44,628 nt of DNA from Candidatus Eiseniibacteriota bacterium (GTDB lineage: Bacteria; Orphanbacterota; Orphanbacteria; Orphanbacterales; Orphanbacteraceae). The stretch is from assembly GCA_043809585.1 (NCBI GenBank), contig JBDROZ010000019.1, positions 1-44,628 of the forward strand, read 5' to 3'. Below are positions 26,847 to 36,961 of the stretch, piece by piece. Under the pieces are notes generated by a model, which worked only from the letters and a program-made list of their open reading frames with translations, was not told the DNA's origin and did not search any database. The number at the start of each line of letters is the position of its first letter. Position 1 is the first letter of the stretch. The translations under genes and the position numbers were made by a program.

Positions 26847-28632
26847 TCACCCACCCCCCGGAGTGTCAACGGAAAATGGCCCCCGGGGGCCCGCCGACGC
26901 GAGCGCCGCCGCCTCCCGGCGAAGGGAATCCGCCTCCGCTCCCCGGCCTTGGGCGTCCCGGACCGCCGCCAGGTGGCCGAGGGCCTCCGCCTTCGAGGCG
27001 CTCTCTTCAGGGGGGAAGAGGAGGATCGCCTCCTCGAGAGGGGTCGCCGCTTCGTCCGGCCGGCCCTGCCGGTAGAGGACCCACCCGAGACTGTCCAGGT
27101 AGAAACGGCGGCGGACGGGATCGAGGGCGAGGGCCCCCCGGACCAGATCCTCCGCCTCGTCCAGGTTTCTTCCCGTTTCGGCGTACAGAAAGCCGAGCGC
27201 GTTCCGCGTGAGGGGGACGTCCTCGTTCCTGCGGTAGGCCTCCTCGAAAGCGGCGAGCCCCGCGACGGGCTCTCCTTTCCGGAAGAGGGCGTCCCCCTTC
27301 AGGTAGTGGTAGTGCCAGGTTCGGTCTTCGCCGACGCCGAAGAGAGCGCTCCCGCTGAGCACGAGTCCCAGGGCGGCGAGCGCCGCGGGGAGCATGGCCG
27401 TTCGAGGACTCCGGCCGAGGGCGCCCGCGATCCGGAGAAGACCGGCCGCCCCGGCGACGGCGAGAACCGGGAGCAGGGGGAGGCGGAACCGCCCGACGGC
27501 GAAGAAGACCAACATCGGGAGGAGCACCGCCACGCCGTAGAGGAGAAGCAGCCGCCCCCCTCCGGGTTCGCGCGAGGGGGCCGAGGCCGGGGAGGGCGAG
27601 GGCGAAGAGGAGGCCGAAACGGAAGGGGGTCCGTCGAAGAGGTAGGCTCACCTCTTCCACGGCCGCCATTTCGATGTTGTCCGAGAGGTCCCGGTCGTTC
27701 AGGGCGAAGTAGAGCTTCCGGCCGAGGAGCGAGATCGCCGCCCCCGGGTCCGACGCCATCCACGAGACGCCGCGGCGGTACCAGAAGGACGACACCTCCG
27801 ATGGGCGGAGGGTCCGTCCTTCCTCCCTTTCCGCGATCGCCCGGGCGGCCCGCCTCGCTTCGTCCGGCTCGTTCGGAAGCTCCGGCGCCGCGGCGCTCCG
27901 CCCATCCGCCCCCCCGTGGTTGCCGAAATAGAAATTGACCCCTCCGTTCGACGAGACGGGCACGAAGTCCCCTCCCCGGGCGTTGTGAACGAGGGCCGGG
28001 AGGAGGGCCGCCGCCATCCCGGCGAGGAGGAAGAGCGTCCCCTTCCGGCGGGCCCGGAAGAAGAAGACCAGGAGGGGAAGAAAGAGGAGGATCGTCGGAC
28101 GGGCGAGGGCCGTGAGCCCGAGGAGGAGGCCCGCCCCCGTGAAGAGCCCCGGACCATCCCTTTCGTCGGCCCTCCCGAGCAGGAGAAGGGCCGCGCCGCT
28201 CGAGAGGAGAACCGTCGTCGCGGGGAGAAGCTCGCCGCCGTAGAAGACGGCCGGGCCGTAGAGCGCCGCGAAGAGTCCCGCGAGGAGAGCCCCCGTCCGG
28301 CCGAGGAGGGGCCTCGCGAGACGGGATGCGGTCGGCGCGGCGAGAGAGGAGAGAATTAGCAGCGCGAACCGGGCGCCCCCCGGCCCGGCGTGAAGAGGTC
28401 CGGCGAAAACCGAGAGGACCCAACCGAGAAGGGGGGGCTTGTAGAAAACCGGTTCCGCGCCCCCCCCCGAGGCCAGACGGACCCCCTCCTCCCAGAAGAG
28501 CCGGGCGTCCACCTCCGGAAAATCGAAGAGGGGTTCCCCCCGGACCGAGAGGCCGTAGAGGAGCCTGACGACCAATGCGGCGGCGAGGATCGCCAGGTCG
28601 TCGTACTTGGCGCGGCGCCGCCCGTCGGTCAT
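26847..28632 (-). pseudogene. ArnT/PMT-like GT-C glycosyltransferase with C-terminal TPRs, frameshifted at a G6 tract (27555-27560)
   Basis: N-terminal VDARLF, FYKPP, SSNGGVNFYFGN in one frame. Removing one G gives RRGRLLLLYGVAVLLPMLVFF..RFRLP and joins the TPR C-terminus (YLDSLGWVLY). Confidence 0.78.
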
Positions 28633-28758
28633 GGGGCCTCCCTCCTTCCCCGGAGGCTACCAAGCCGGGCGGGTTGCCGCAAGGAACCCCTCCACCCCGC
28701 CGTTGACACCCCCGCGGAACGAACCGTAGAGTGAGCGGTGGCCATCGAAGGAGGGGGC

Positions 28759-30027
28759 ATGGAGCGGCTGGTCAGCATCTTCGGGATATTCGTTCTCGTC
28801 GGCATCGGCGTTCTCCTCTCGAACAACCGGCGCCGGATCGACTTTCGGCTCGTCGCCGCCGGGCTCGGGCTCCAATGGGTCTTCGCCCTCCTCATTCTGA
28901 GGACCGCCCCGGGCAAGGTGGTCTTCCAGGGGGCGCGGATCGCCATCGCCAAGCTCCTCGGCTTCACCGACCACGGCGCGGTGTTTCTCTTCGGCAATCT
29001 CTACCGGGGCGTGGGGGGCGTGGTCGACGAGATCGGCGGCCCGGGACCGTTCGGCGTCGTCGACATGAAGACGGGCGAGGCCGTTCCGATCGACACGGTC
29101 TTCGCGTTCCACGTGCTGACGACGATCATCTTCTTCGCCTCCCTCATGGGCGTTCTCTACCATCTCGGCATCATGCAGCGGATCGTGGCCGCCTTCGCCT
29201 GGGTGATGCGGAAGACCCTCCGGACGAGCGGAGCCGAGACCCTGTCGACGTCGGCGAACATCTTCGTCGGCCAGACCGAGGCCCCTCTCGTCATCCGGCC
29301 CTACATCTCCGACATGACCCGCTCCGAACTGATGGCGGTGATGACCGGCGGCTTCGCCACCGTGGCGGGGGGCGTGCTCGCGGCGTACGTCCGGTTCGGC
29401 ATCGACGCGGGGCACCTCCTCGCGGCGAGCGTCATGTCCGCCCCCGCCGCGCTCGTGATGGCGAAGATCATCTTCCCCGAGACGGAGAAGCCGGTCACCG
29501 CGGGGGACGCGAAGATCCCGATGGACCGGAAGACGGCGAACGTGATCGACGCCGCGGCGGCGGGCGCGGCGGACGGTCTGAAGCTCGCCCTGAACGTGGG
29601 GGCCATGCTGCTCGCCTTCATCGCCCTCGTGGCGATGATCGACTTCTTCCTCGGCTTCCTGCACACGAGCCTCCGGGAGATCTTCGGATACGTCTTTTCC
29701 CCCATCGCCTGGTGCATGGGCGTCCCGGCGGAGGACGCGAAGACCGTCGGCAACCTGCTCGGCACGAAGATCGCCATCAACGAGTTCATCGGATACATCG
29801 AACTCGCGAGAGTGAAGGACACCCTTTCCGAGCGCTCCGTCGTGATCGCCACCTACGCGCTCTGCGGCTTCGCGAACCTCTCCTCCATCGCGATCCAGAT
29901 CGGCGGGATCAGCGGGATCGCGCCGGAGCGGCGGGGGGACCTCGCGCGGATCGGGCTGAAGGCGATGATCGCGGGGGCCCTCGCCTCTTGGATGACCGCG
30001 TCCATCGCGGGGACTCTGATCGGATGA
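28759..30027 (+). CDS. nupC: NupC/CNT-family nucleoside transporter
   Basis: LSNNRRRI, LYHLGIMQ, NIFVGQTEAPL, GFATVAG, MSAPA, INEF, YALCGFAN; ATG 28759 after AAGGAGG. Confidence 0.93.
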   Translation: MERLVSIFGIFVLVGIGVLLSNNRRRIDFRLVAAGLGLQWVFALLILRTAPGKVVFQGARIAIAKLLGFTDHGAVFLFGNLYRGVGGVVDEIGGPGPFGVVDMKTGEAVPIDTVFAFHVLTTIIFFASLMGVLYHLGIMQRIVAAFAWVMRKTLRTSGAETLSTSANIFVGQTEAPLVIRPYISDMTRSELMAVMTGGFATVAGGVLAAYVRFGIDAGHLLAASVMSAPAALVMAKIIFPETEKPVTAGDAKIPMDRKTANVIDAAAAGAADGLKLALNVGAMLLAFIALVAMIDFFLGFLHTSLREIFGYVFSPIAWCMGVPAEDAKTVGNLLGTKIAINEFIGYIELARVKDTLSERSVVIATYALCGFANLSSIAIQIGGISGIAPERRGDLARIGLKAMIAGALASWMTASIAGTLIG

Positions 30028-30722
30028 GGGGGGCACGAGTCCTCGCGCCCCTCGCGTTTCTGGCCGCGGCTTCCGCCGCGGCGGGCGCCCCCTCCCTCGT
30101 CGCCGACCCGCCGGAGTACGATTGCGGTGTTCTTTGCGGGGACACGACGGTCTCCTTCCTCTTCACGCTCCGTAACGAGGGGGACGAACCGCTCCACATC
30201 GCCGCGGTCGATGCGGCCTGCGGGTGCACCTCCGTATTCCTGCCCGACAGCCTCATCCCCCCCCGCGGGGCACTTCCCTTGACAGGCTCCTTCTCGAGCC
30301 GGAAGATGAGGGGGGACGTTCGAAAGACAGTGACCTTGACCACCGACGATCCGGGACGGCCGGCGGCGATCCTCCTGATCCGCGCGTGGGTGCTCCGGGA
30401 CCTGACATGGGCGCCTCGGACGGTTCGTTTCTTCGGCGTCCGGGCGGGCGAAGGGTCGGAACGGACGGTGCTCTTTCGCCCGGGGCGGGGGGTCCCCTTC
30501 ACGATCGAAGGCGTTCAAGGGCCCGCGGGCCGCTACGACCTCCGGGTGACCGAAGGGGAACGGCTCGGCGATCGCGTCCTCCATGTCGTCCTCCTTCCCA
30601 CGGCGGAGGCCGGGGCCCTCGGCGACACGATCCGGGTGCGAACGAACGTCGAAGGGAAAGAAGAGATCGTGATCCCCGTCGAGGGGCGGATCGACCCGCC
30701 CGGAGGAGTCATTCGAAAGTGA
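30024..30722 (+). CDS. DUF1573 domain exported protein
   Basis: ATG overlaps the nupC stop; signal peptide; F.LRNEGDEPL.I..V.AACGCT. Confidence 0.82.
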   Translation: MRGARVLAPLAFLAAASAAAGAPSLVADPPEYDCGVLCGDTTVSFLFTLRNEGDEPLHIAAVDAACGCTSVFLPDSLIPPRGALPLTGSFSSRKMRGDVRKTVTLTTDDPGRPAAILLIRAWVLRDLTWAPRTVRFFGVRAGEGSERTVLFRPGRGVPFTIEGVQGPAGRYDLRVTEGERLGDRVLHVVLLPTAEAGALGDTIRVRTNVEGKEEIVIPVEGRIDPPGGVIRK

Positions 30723-31783
30723 GCGAAGAAACCCGGGACGAGAGAAAGAAGGTCCGGCTGACGCAAATGGCCGCGGCCGCCGGCTGAGCGGCGAAGCATT
30801 CCCGGGCGTACCTCCAGGAGGTGCTCCGGGGATTGCCCGGTCCGGCGGACCGGAACGTGCTCGTCGGCGGCGCGACCTCGGACGACGCGGGGGTGGTTCT
30901 CCTCACGCCGGACGTCGCCCTCATCCTCACCACCGACTTCTTCACGCCCATGGTCGACGATCCGTTCGACTTCGGGCGGATCGCGGCGGTGAACGCCCTC
31001 TCCGACGTGTACGCCATGGGGGGAAAGCCCTTCTCGGCGCTGAACATCACCGGCTTCCCGGCGTCGGGCTTGGACGGGAGCGTCCTCCACGAGATCCTCC
31101 GGGGCGGGTACACCGTGGCGCGGGAAGCGGGTATCGAGATCGTCGGCGGCCACACGGTGAAGACCGCCGAACCCCTCTACGGCCTCTCCGTGGTCGGCAC
31201 GGTCCACCCGGAGAAGATCGTCTCCAACGCCGGGGCGAAGCCGGGAGACCGGCTCGTACTCACCAAACCGATCGGGAACGCCCTCGTCACGACGGCGCAC
31301 AAGAACGGGAGCGACCGCCACGGCGCGCTGAACGAGGCGGTGCGATGGATGCTGATGCCGAACCGGGCCGCCTGCGAAGCCATGGTCGCCGCGGGCGCCC
31401 GGGCCGCCACGGACATCACCGGCTTCGGCTTGATCGGCCACCTCGCCAACATGCTCGAGGCGAGCGGGGTCTCCGCCGTGATCAGGGCGAAGAAAGTGCC
31501 CCTCCTCCCGGGCGCGTACGATTACGCGAAGGAGGGGTGCGTTTGCGGGGGGACGAGGGCGAACCGGGACCAGCTCGATGACCGCGTCCGGTGGGGCGAG
31601 GGGGTCGACGAGGCGCTCCGCATCTGCCTCTCCGACGCTCAGACCTCGGGCGGGCTTCTCATCGCCGTCGGTGAAGACCGGCAGGAAGCGCTTCTCGCCG
31701 AACTCGAAGCCCGGGGGGTCGAAGTGTTCGCCAAGATCGGCGGCATCGTGGAGAAGCGGGAGCCACTGATCTCGGTCGAATAG
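30719..31783 (+). CDS. selD: Selenide, water dikinase, selenocysteine-containing form (UGA at 30785-30787)
   Basis: GTG 30719 overlaps the previous stop. RLTQMAAAAG-U-AAK places UGA at the catalytic Cys/Sec. Also DDAGV, TTDFFTP, NALSDVYAMGG, GGHT, TDITGFGL, DAQTSGGLL. Confidence 0.93.
30799..30832 (+). promoter_or_regulatory. Putative bacterial SECIS hairpin
   Basis: CCCGGG-C-GTACCTC-CAG-GAGGTGC-T-CCGGG begins about 12 nt after the UGA and has a G in the apical loop. Confidence 0.65.
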
Positions 31784-31817
31784 GTCTTCTCCGTGCGTCG
31801 TGAGGAGGAGAGATCGG

Positions 31818-33599
31818 GTGTCGCCTGACGAAGCGATATCCACCGGGGAGGGGGGCGGGCGGAGAAAAGAGCGGACGGCGCTCTTTCTCGAAGCGACAGC
31901 CGTTCGTTTCCTGGTACTCGCCTCTTCGTTCGCCCTTTCCGGCGGGTTCCGCTTCGAATGGGGTGGAGTTGCCGTAAGCCTCTTCGGTACACGGAACCCG
32001 ATCCGGATCGCCTGTGTCCTCCTTCTCGCCCGCACGCTCTTCCTCCCGGGCAGTCCCTTCTTCATCGCCGCGGCGCCCCGATTCCGCTCCCTGTTGCCGC
32101 CGTCCCGGCGACCCGATCGGTGGGGAAGTCTGCCGGCGTCCCTTGGATGGGCGGTCGCCGGCGCCGGGCTCTACACGATCGTCATGGGGTCCATCGTCCT
32201 CCTGAAACATCGCGCATACGAGAGCCACGCGTTCGATCTCGGAATCTTCGAGCAGCTCGTCTGGAAGGCGTCCGACGGGAGGACGCTCGTGAGTTCGATC
32301 CTCGAGGACCGACACTTCTTCGGGGAGCACTTCTCTCCGGTCCTCTATCTCCTCGCGCCCCTCGCCCGGCTCGGAGAAGGCCCCGAGGCCCTCCTCCTCT
32401 TTCAGACGGCGGCCCTCGGAGCGGGCTTCGTCGCGATCGCGGGAATCGCCCGAAGTCGTTTCGAAGGAGAGGGCATCCCCCTCTTCTTCGGGATTCTCTA
32501 TCTTCTCTACCGCCCCCTCCACAACGTGAACCTCTTCGACTTCCACCCGATCGCCTTGACGACGCCCCTCCTCCTTTTCGGCTTCTGGGCATTTGATCGC
32601 GGCCGGAGAAAGACCGCGGCCCTTCTCCTGCTCGCCGCCCTGCTATGCAAAGAGGAAATCGCCCTCGTCGCCGCGGGAATCGGGCTCTACTGTTGCTTCG
32701 CGCGTCGGGGGCGCGGGCTCGGAGTCTCCCTCTTCCTTGCCGGCCTCGCGTCGTTTCTTCTTCTCTTCCTCGTCGTCATTCCCCACTTCCGTGGCGGGCC
32801 TTTCGCATTCACCGCCCGGTACTCCTATTTGGGAGATGACTGAGGTGAAATCGGGTGGTCTCTTCTGACCCGCCCGGGACTCGTGCTCCGCCATCTGTTC
32901 GTCCCGGACAAGGGGAAGTACCTTCTCGAAGTCTTCGGTCCTCTCGGATTCCTCTCGTTTCTCTCGCCCCTTCATCTCCTCCCCGCCCTGCCGGCGCTCC
33001 TCTACAACCTGTTGAGCGACTACCCGGGGCAATTCTCGGTGAACGGGCAGTACACGTCTCCTCTGACGCCCTTTGTCTTCATCTCCGCCATTCACGGACT
33101 TCATCGCCTACGTGCGGGTCGAAGCGGGGACGAATTATCCGGCGGGAGACCGATGAACCGCCGACTTGGCGGGCGGATCGTGCCGATCGTGTTCTTGCTT
33201 TCTCTCCTCTTCACGAGTCGCACCCCCGATCATTGGTTTCGGAAATACGCCCGGACGGAACACCATCGAATCCTGGACGAGATGATCCAGAATGCCACGG
33301 ATCGGGACGCCGCCTGGATCGCTCAGGGGTACCTCGTCCCCCACCTCGCGAGACGGGACCGAATCTACGCGTTTCCCTCCGACCGGTGGGCAGATTTCGT
33401 CCTACTCGATTTGAACGGCGGGTCTTGGCCCCTCACCGCATCGGAGTACGAAGAGAGCGTCCGCCGGCTTCTCTCGTCGGGTGAATACGGGGCCCCCACG
33501 CTGCGGGACGGGGTCCTTCTGCTCGTCCGGAACGGAGAGACCGGGGGCAATCCCGAGATACTCCGGCGGCTCCCCGATCTCCTCACGAAGCGGAAGTGA
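31818..33599 (+). pseudogene. DUF2079 (GT-C-like) membrane protein interrupted by an in-frame TGA at 32841-32843
   Basis: AFDLGIFEQ, FGEHFSP, FDFHPIA, KEE; RYSYLGDD*GEI...TRP continues in the same frame to QYTSPL and VPHLARR. Confidence 0.78.
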
Positions 33600-33620
33600 C
33601 CGGGTCGGCCGGACGGGCCC

Positions 33621-36600
33621 TCAGCGAAGGTAGAGAATCTTTCCCGTCGCCGATTCGCCTCCCGCGGTGAAGCGCCAGAGGTAGACGCCGGAGGCGGCGT
33701 CCGCGCCGTTCCGGATTCGCCCGTCCCACCGGACCGTCCCCAAGCCCGCCGGCGACGAACCGTCCACGAGCTCCGAGACGAGCCGCCCCCGCACGTCGTA
33801 GAGGGCGATCCGTGCCCGTCCGGGGGCGGGAAGGAAGTAGCGGATCCCCGCGCCCGCCCGGTAGGGCGAGGGGGCGGCGAGGCGGAGATTCGCGGGCGAT
33901 GAGCCGGTCGCACCCTCCTCCACGCCGGTCGCCGTGAACGAGTAGATCCCGTACTCCGGCCAGTCCAGGTCGCCGTCATCGTTCCCCTCCGGCACCTGCC
34001 CTTCGAGGAGGCCGCCGTCGGCGGTTTCGTAGAGGCCGAGGGCGAGTCCGATCTCGCCGGCGCCTCCGAGAAGGCTCCTCGCGAGGGTGCCCTCGAACAC
34101 GGCCCCCGCCGCGGAGCCGCCGGACATCACGGTCTCGTCCCCGTCGAACCAGCCGTGCCACCCGTTCGACCCTTCCCGGGCGAGGAAGAAGTCCTTGCCG
34201 TCCACGGTCCCCGCCTTCGCCCACGGCGCGGCCGCGGGCAGGCTGCTCTTTCCGATCATCAGGAAGAGGTCCTGTCCGCTCCCGGGGAGCGCGGGACGGA
34301 GGGCGACGTACAGCTGCCCCTCGTCGTGGGCGACCCAGAGGGTTCTCCCCCCGGCCGCGGCGAAGAGTGCGGCGCCCGGATCGAGCTGGCCGTCCAGAAC
34401 GAACCCGGACGATCCGCCCAGGACCGGGACGTGCCAATCGGCGCCCCCGTTGTTGTCCCACGCCCCCGCTCCGTCGGTGAAGACGAAGTCGACGCTCGTG
34501 GCGTAGGAGGGAATGGAATACGTGTAGCTCCATGCCGTGTCGAACGCGGCGTAGGTCATGGCCGGATCGGGGGCGATCACCTCCTGCCACCCGCTGTGGC
34601 CGACGTGGATGTAGACCGGATCGCTCCCCGCCGGCAGCGCGCCATAGCGGAGATCGTAAGAGACGCGCACCGTGTCCCCCGCCACCGGCGACTCCGGTTC
34701 CCACGCGACGGCGTCTCCCGTCCCCCCCCCATCGCCGGCCCCGACCCACACGTGCTGGATCGGCGAGCGCTTCCGGAGACCGAGCGAGTCGACCGCTTCC
34801 ACGTAGTAGTCGGCGAGCTGCTCCGAGAGACCGGTGACCTCCGCCCAGTACTCGTCGGCGATGTGATGGGGGAGCACGAAAAAGTCGATGTCGGGGTTGC
34901 CGTACGGGTCGCCGAGAGGCATCACGCGCCGGTTCATGGGGAGGTCGATCCAATTCCCCACTCCCCCCCCGCCGGCGTAGGTTTCGTTCACGTCCGTCGC
35001 CGGGTCGTTCACGCCGTCGCCGTCGATCCGGTAGCGGAGGGTTACGGAATCCAGGCCGGAAACGTCGTGCACGAAGGTCCAGACGTAGAAGTCCCGGCTC
35101 ATCGGCGCCCCCTCTCCCGAGGGGTAGCCCCAGAGGGACCCTCCCCCCCGCTCCCCCGGGTTCCACGGGAGGCGCTGGGGGAGCCAGATCGTCGGCGCCG
35201 TGCCGTCGCTCCCCGTGGCGATCACGGCGTCGGCCCGCTCCGTCGCCTCGTTCGCCGCGAGGGTCGCCTTCACCTCCATATCGAGGGAGACACCGTAGTA
35301 CATGGAACCGCTCTCGTATCCGGCGAGGAGGAAGTGCCACGCCCTTTCCACGTCGTTCGCCCCCGACGCCGGGTCCGCCACCATCGCCGGGTCTGCGGGA
35401 CCGTCGATCCCCTCCGCCGTCTCCACCCGGTTCTGGGCCGCCGTCAGGACCGCCCAGTTCCGCTCGTCCTCGGCCCAGCCGTTCGGGATGTCGAACTGAC
35501 CCGAAGCCCCCACGAGGGGCCAGTTCCAGTTGATGAACTGGGGCGATCCGAAATCGCCGTCCGCGTTCACCCATCCCCCGTCCTCGACGTGGGCCACGTC
35601 CGACGGGGCCACCGGGTGGTCCGCGAGGTACTCCGCCACGGTGGTCGGCTCGTAGCCGGCGGCCGCGGCGGCGTGGGACAAGCCGGTGACGTTCTCGTGG
35701 TAGTACGAGTACCCGCCGGACCAGGCGTTGTCGCCGTCGTGGGCGAAGAGAACGAGCATCGGCGCCGACGGGTCGTTCCCGGCGGCGATGGCGTCGATCT
35801 GCCCCGTGCCGTAGAGGCCGTACCCCTCGTCCCAACCCATGGCGTTCGCCGCGGGAACCACGACGATGCGCGACTCGGCCCCCGTCTCCGCGTCCACGTG
35901 CCTCGCCCAGTGCGGGCGGTAGCCGTAGGGGACGGGCGTCTTCACCGTGCACCCCCGGCTGATGTAGATCGAGTTCCACCCCCCCGAACCAGGCGGATTC
36001 GTCCGGTCCGCCCGGTTCGGCGGATCGCAATTGTCCTCGTGGGCGGCGTAGGGATAGTCGGCGCACGCCCGGGAAATGTGGATGTTCGCCACGATCGACC
36101 ACTCCACCCCCTGTTCGGCGAGAACCGGAATCAGCCTCTCGCTGAAGCAGGTCTCGGCGGGGAAGTACCCCTTCGACGGCGCCCCGCCCCCCCATGCGGA
36201 CGCGTACCCCGCCTTCGCCGCCCGGATCTCCATCCGGAACGCGTTCTCGTCCATGAGGGGGGCGATCGGATGATGGTAGGCGGCGAGGAGGATGTCGCAC
36301 CTCGTCCTCCCTCCGCTCGTCGACCAGCCTTTCGCCTCCCGGTACCAGCGATACCAGTCGGAGACGTACCGCCCGCCGTTCCACCCGTTGTCGCCGAGAG
36401 AGACGAGATTCTCCGCGAGGGCGCCGGCGAAGCTGACCTGGGCGCCCGCGTCGGGGAGATCGAGAATCGAGAAGAGGGCTTCCCGAGGGTAATCCTGGTA
36501 GTCCCGGACCCGGTCGTCCTTGTCGAAGATCTCGAAGACGTTCGACTCCGAGTGGCCGAGGGAGATCGTCTCGTACGCCTTCTCGTACTCTCCCGGGGAC

Positions 36601-36773
36601 CAGGTCGACCCGTCGGGCCAGTAGATCGGCTGGTGCATATGCCAGAGGTAGGTGGTGTGAACCGGCGCCGCGAGAACGGGCGTGCCGACCCCGGTGAATA
36701 CGACGAGAAACAGGATCGACGACGGGCCGGCGAAGATGACGCGCGGCCCGAGTCCTCCCTCCTTGCCCACCAT
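33621..36773 (-). CDS. Secreted GH57/GH119-like alpha-glucan hydrolase with CBM25-like starch-binding domain and FlgD-Ig/T9SS-like tail
   Basis: WHMHQPIY, FPAE, AHDGDN catalytic-region motifs; FVFTDG..WDNNGGADW; C-terminal WDG...SGVY. Confidence 0.8.
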   Translation of the reverse strand: MVGKEGGLGPRVIFAGPSSILFLVVFTGVGTPVLAAPVHTTYLWHMHQPIYWPDGSTWSPGEYEKAYETISLGHSESNVFEIFDKDDRVRDYQDYPREALFSILDLPDAGAQVSFAGALAENLVSLGDNGWNGGRYVSDWYRWYREAKGWSTSGGRTRCDILLAAYHHPIAPLMDENAFRMEIRAAKAGYASAWGGGAPSKGYFPAETCFSERLIPVLAEQGVEWSIVANIHISRACADYPYAAHEDNCDPPNRADRTNPPGSGGWNSIYISRGCTVKTPVPYGYRPHWARHVDAETGAESRIVVVPAANAMGWDEGYGLYGTGQIDAIAAGNDPSAPMLVLFAHDGDNAWSGGYSYYHENVTGLSHAAAAAGYEPTTVAEYLADHPVAPSDVAHVEDGGWVNADGDFGSPQFINWNWPLVGASGQFDIPNGWAEDERNWAVLTAAQNRVETAEGIDGPADPAMVADPASGANDVERAWHFLLAGYESGSMYYGVSLDMEVKATLAANEATERADAVIATGSDGTAPTIWLPQRLPWNPGERGGGSLWGYPSGEGAPMSRDFYVWTFVHDVSGLDSVTLRYRIDGDGVNDPATDVNETYAGGGGVGNWIDLPMNRRVMPLGDPYGNPDIDFFVLPHHIADEYWAEVTGLSEQLADYYVEAVDSLGLRKRSPIQHVWVGAGDGGGTGDAVAWEPESPVAGDTVRVSYDLRYGALPAGSDPVYIHVGHSGWQEVIAPDPAMTYAAFDTAWSYTYSIPSYATSVDFVFTDGAGAWDNNGGADWHVPVLGGSSGFVLDGQLDPGAALFAAAGGRTLWVAHDEGQLYVALRPALPGSGQDLFLMIGKSSLPAAAPWAKAGTVDGKDFFLAREGSNGWHGWFDGDETVMSGGSAAGAVFEGTLARSLLGGAGEIGLALGLYETADGGLLEGQVPEGNDDGDLDWPEYGIYSFTATGVEEGATGSSPANLRLAAPSPYRAGAGIRYFLPAPGRARIALYDVRGRLVSELVDGSSPAGLGTVRWDGRIRNGADAASGVYLWRFTAGGESATGKILYLR

Positions 36774-36961
36774 GTTCCTCTCCTCACGGCTTGGCTTCTG
36801 TTAGATTATAACATTCCTTCCATCGTGGGATGCCGGCAGTCGGAATTCCGAGAGGGCGGAAGTCGTGCGCCCGGTTTCTCGTGAACGGATCGCGGCGTGC
36901 GCCCGTCTGACATATCGTGCGCCCGATCCCCGGCCCGCGGCGAACGACGAGGAGTAGGAAC

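Noticed and set aside
30821-31783. selD starting at 30821 as in the ORF track
   Set aside because: It would omit the catalytic Sec/Lys motif; the upstream in-frame GTG 30719 with UGA recoding fits better.
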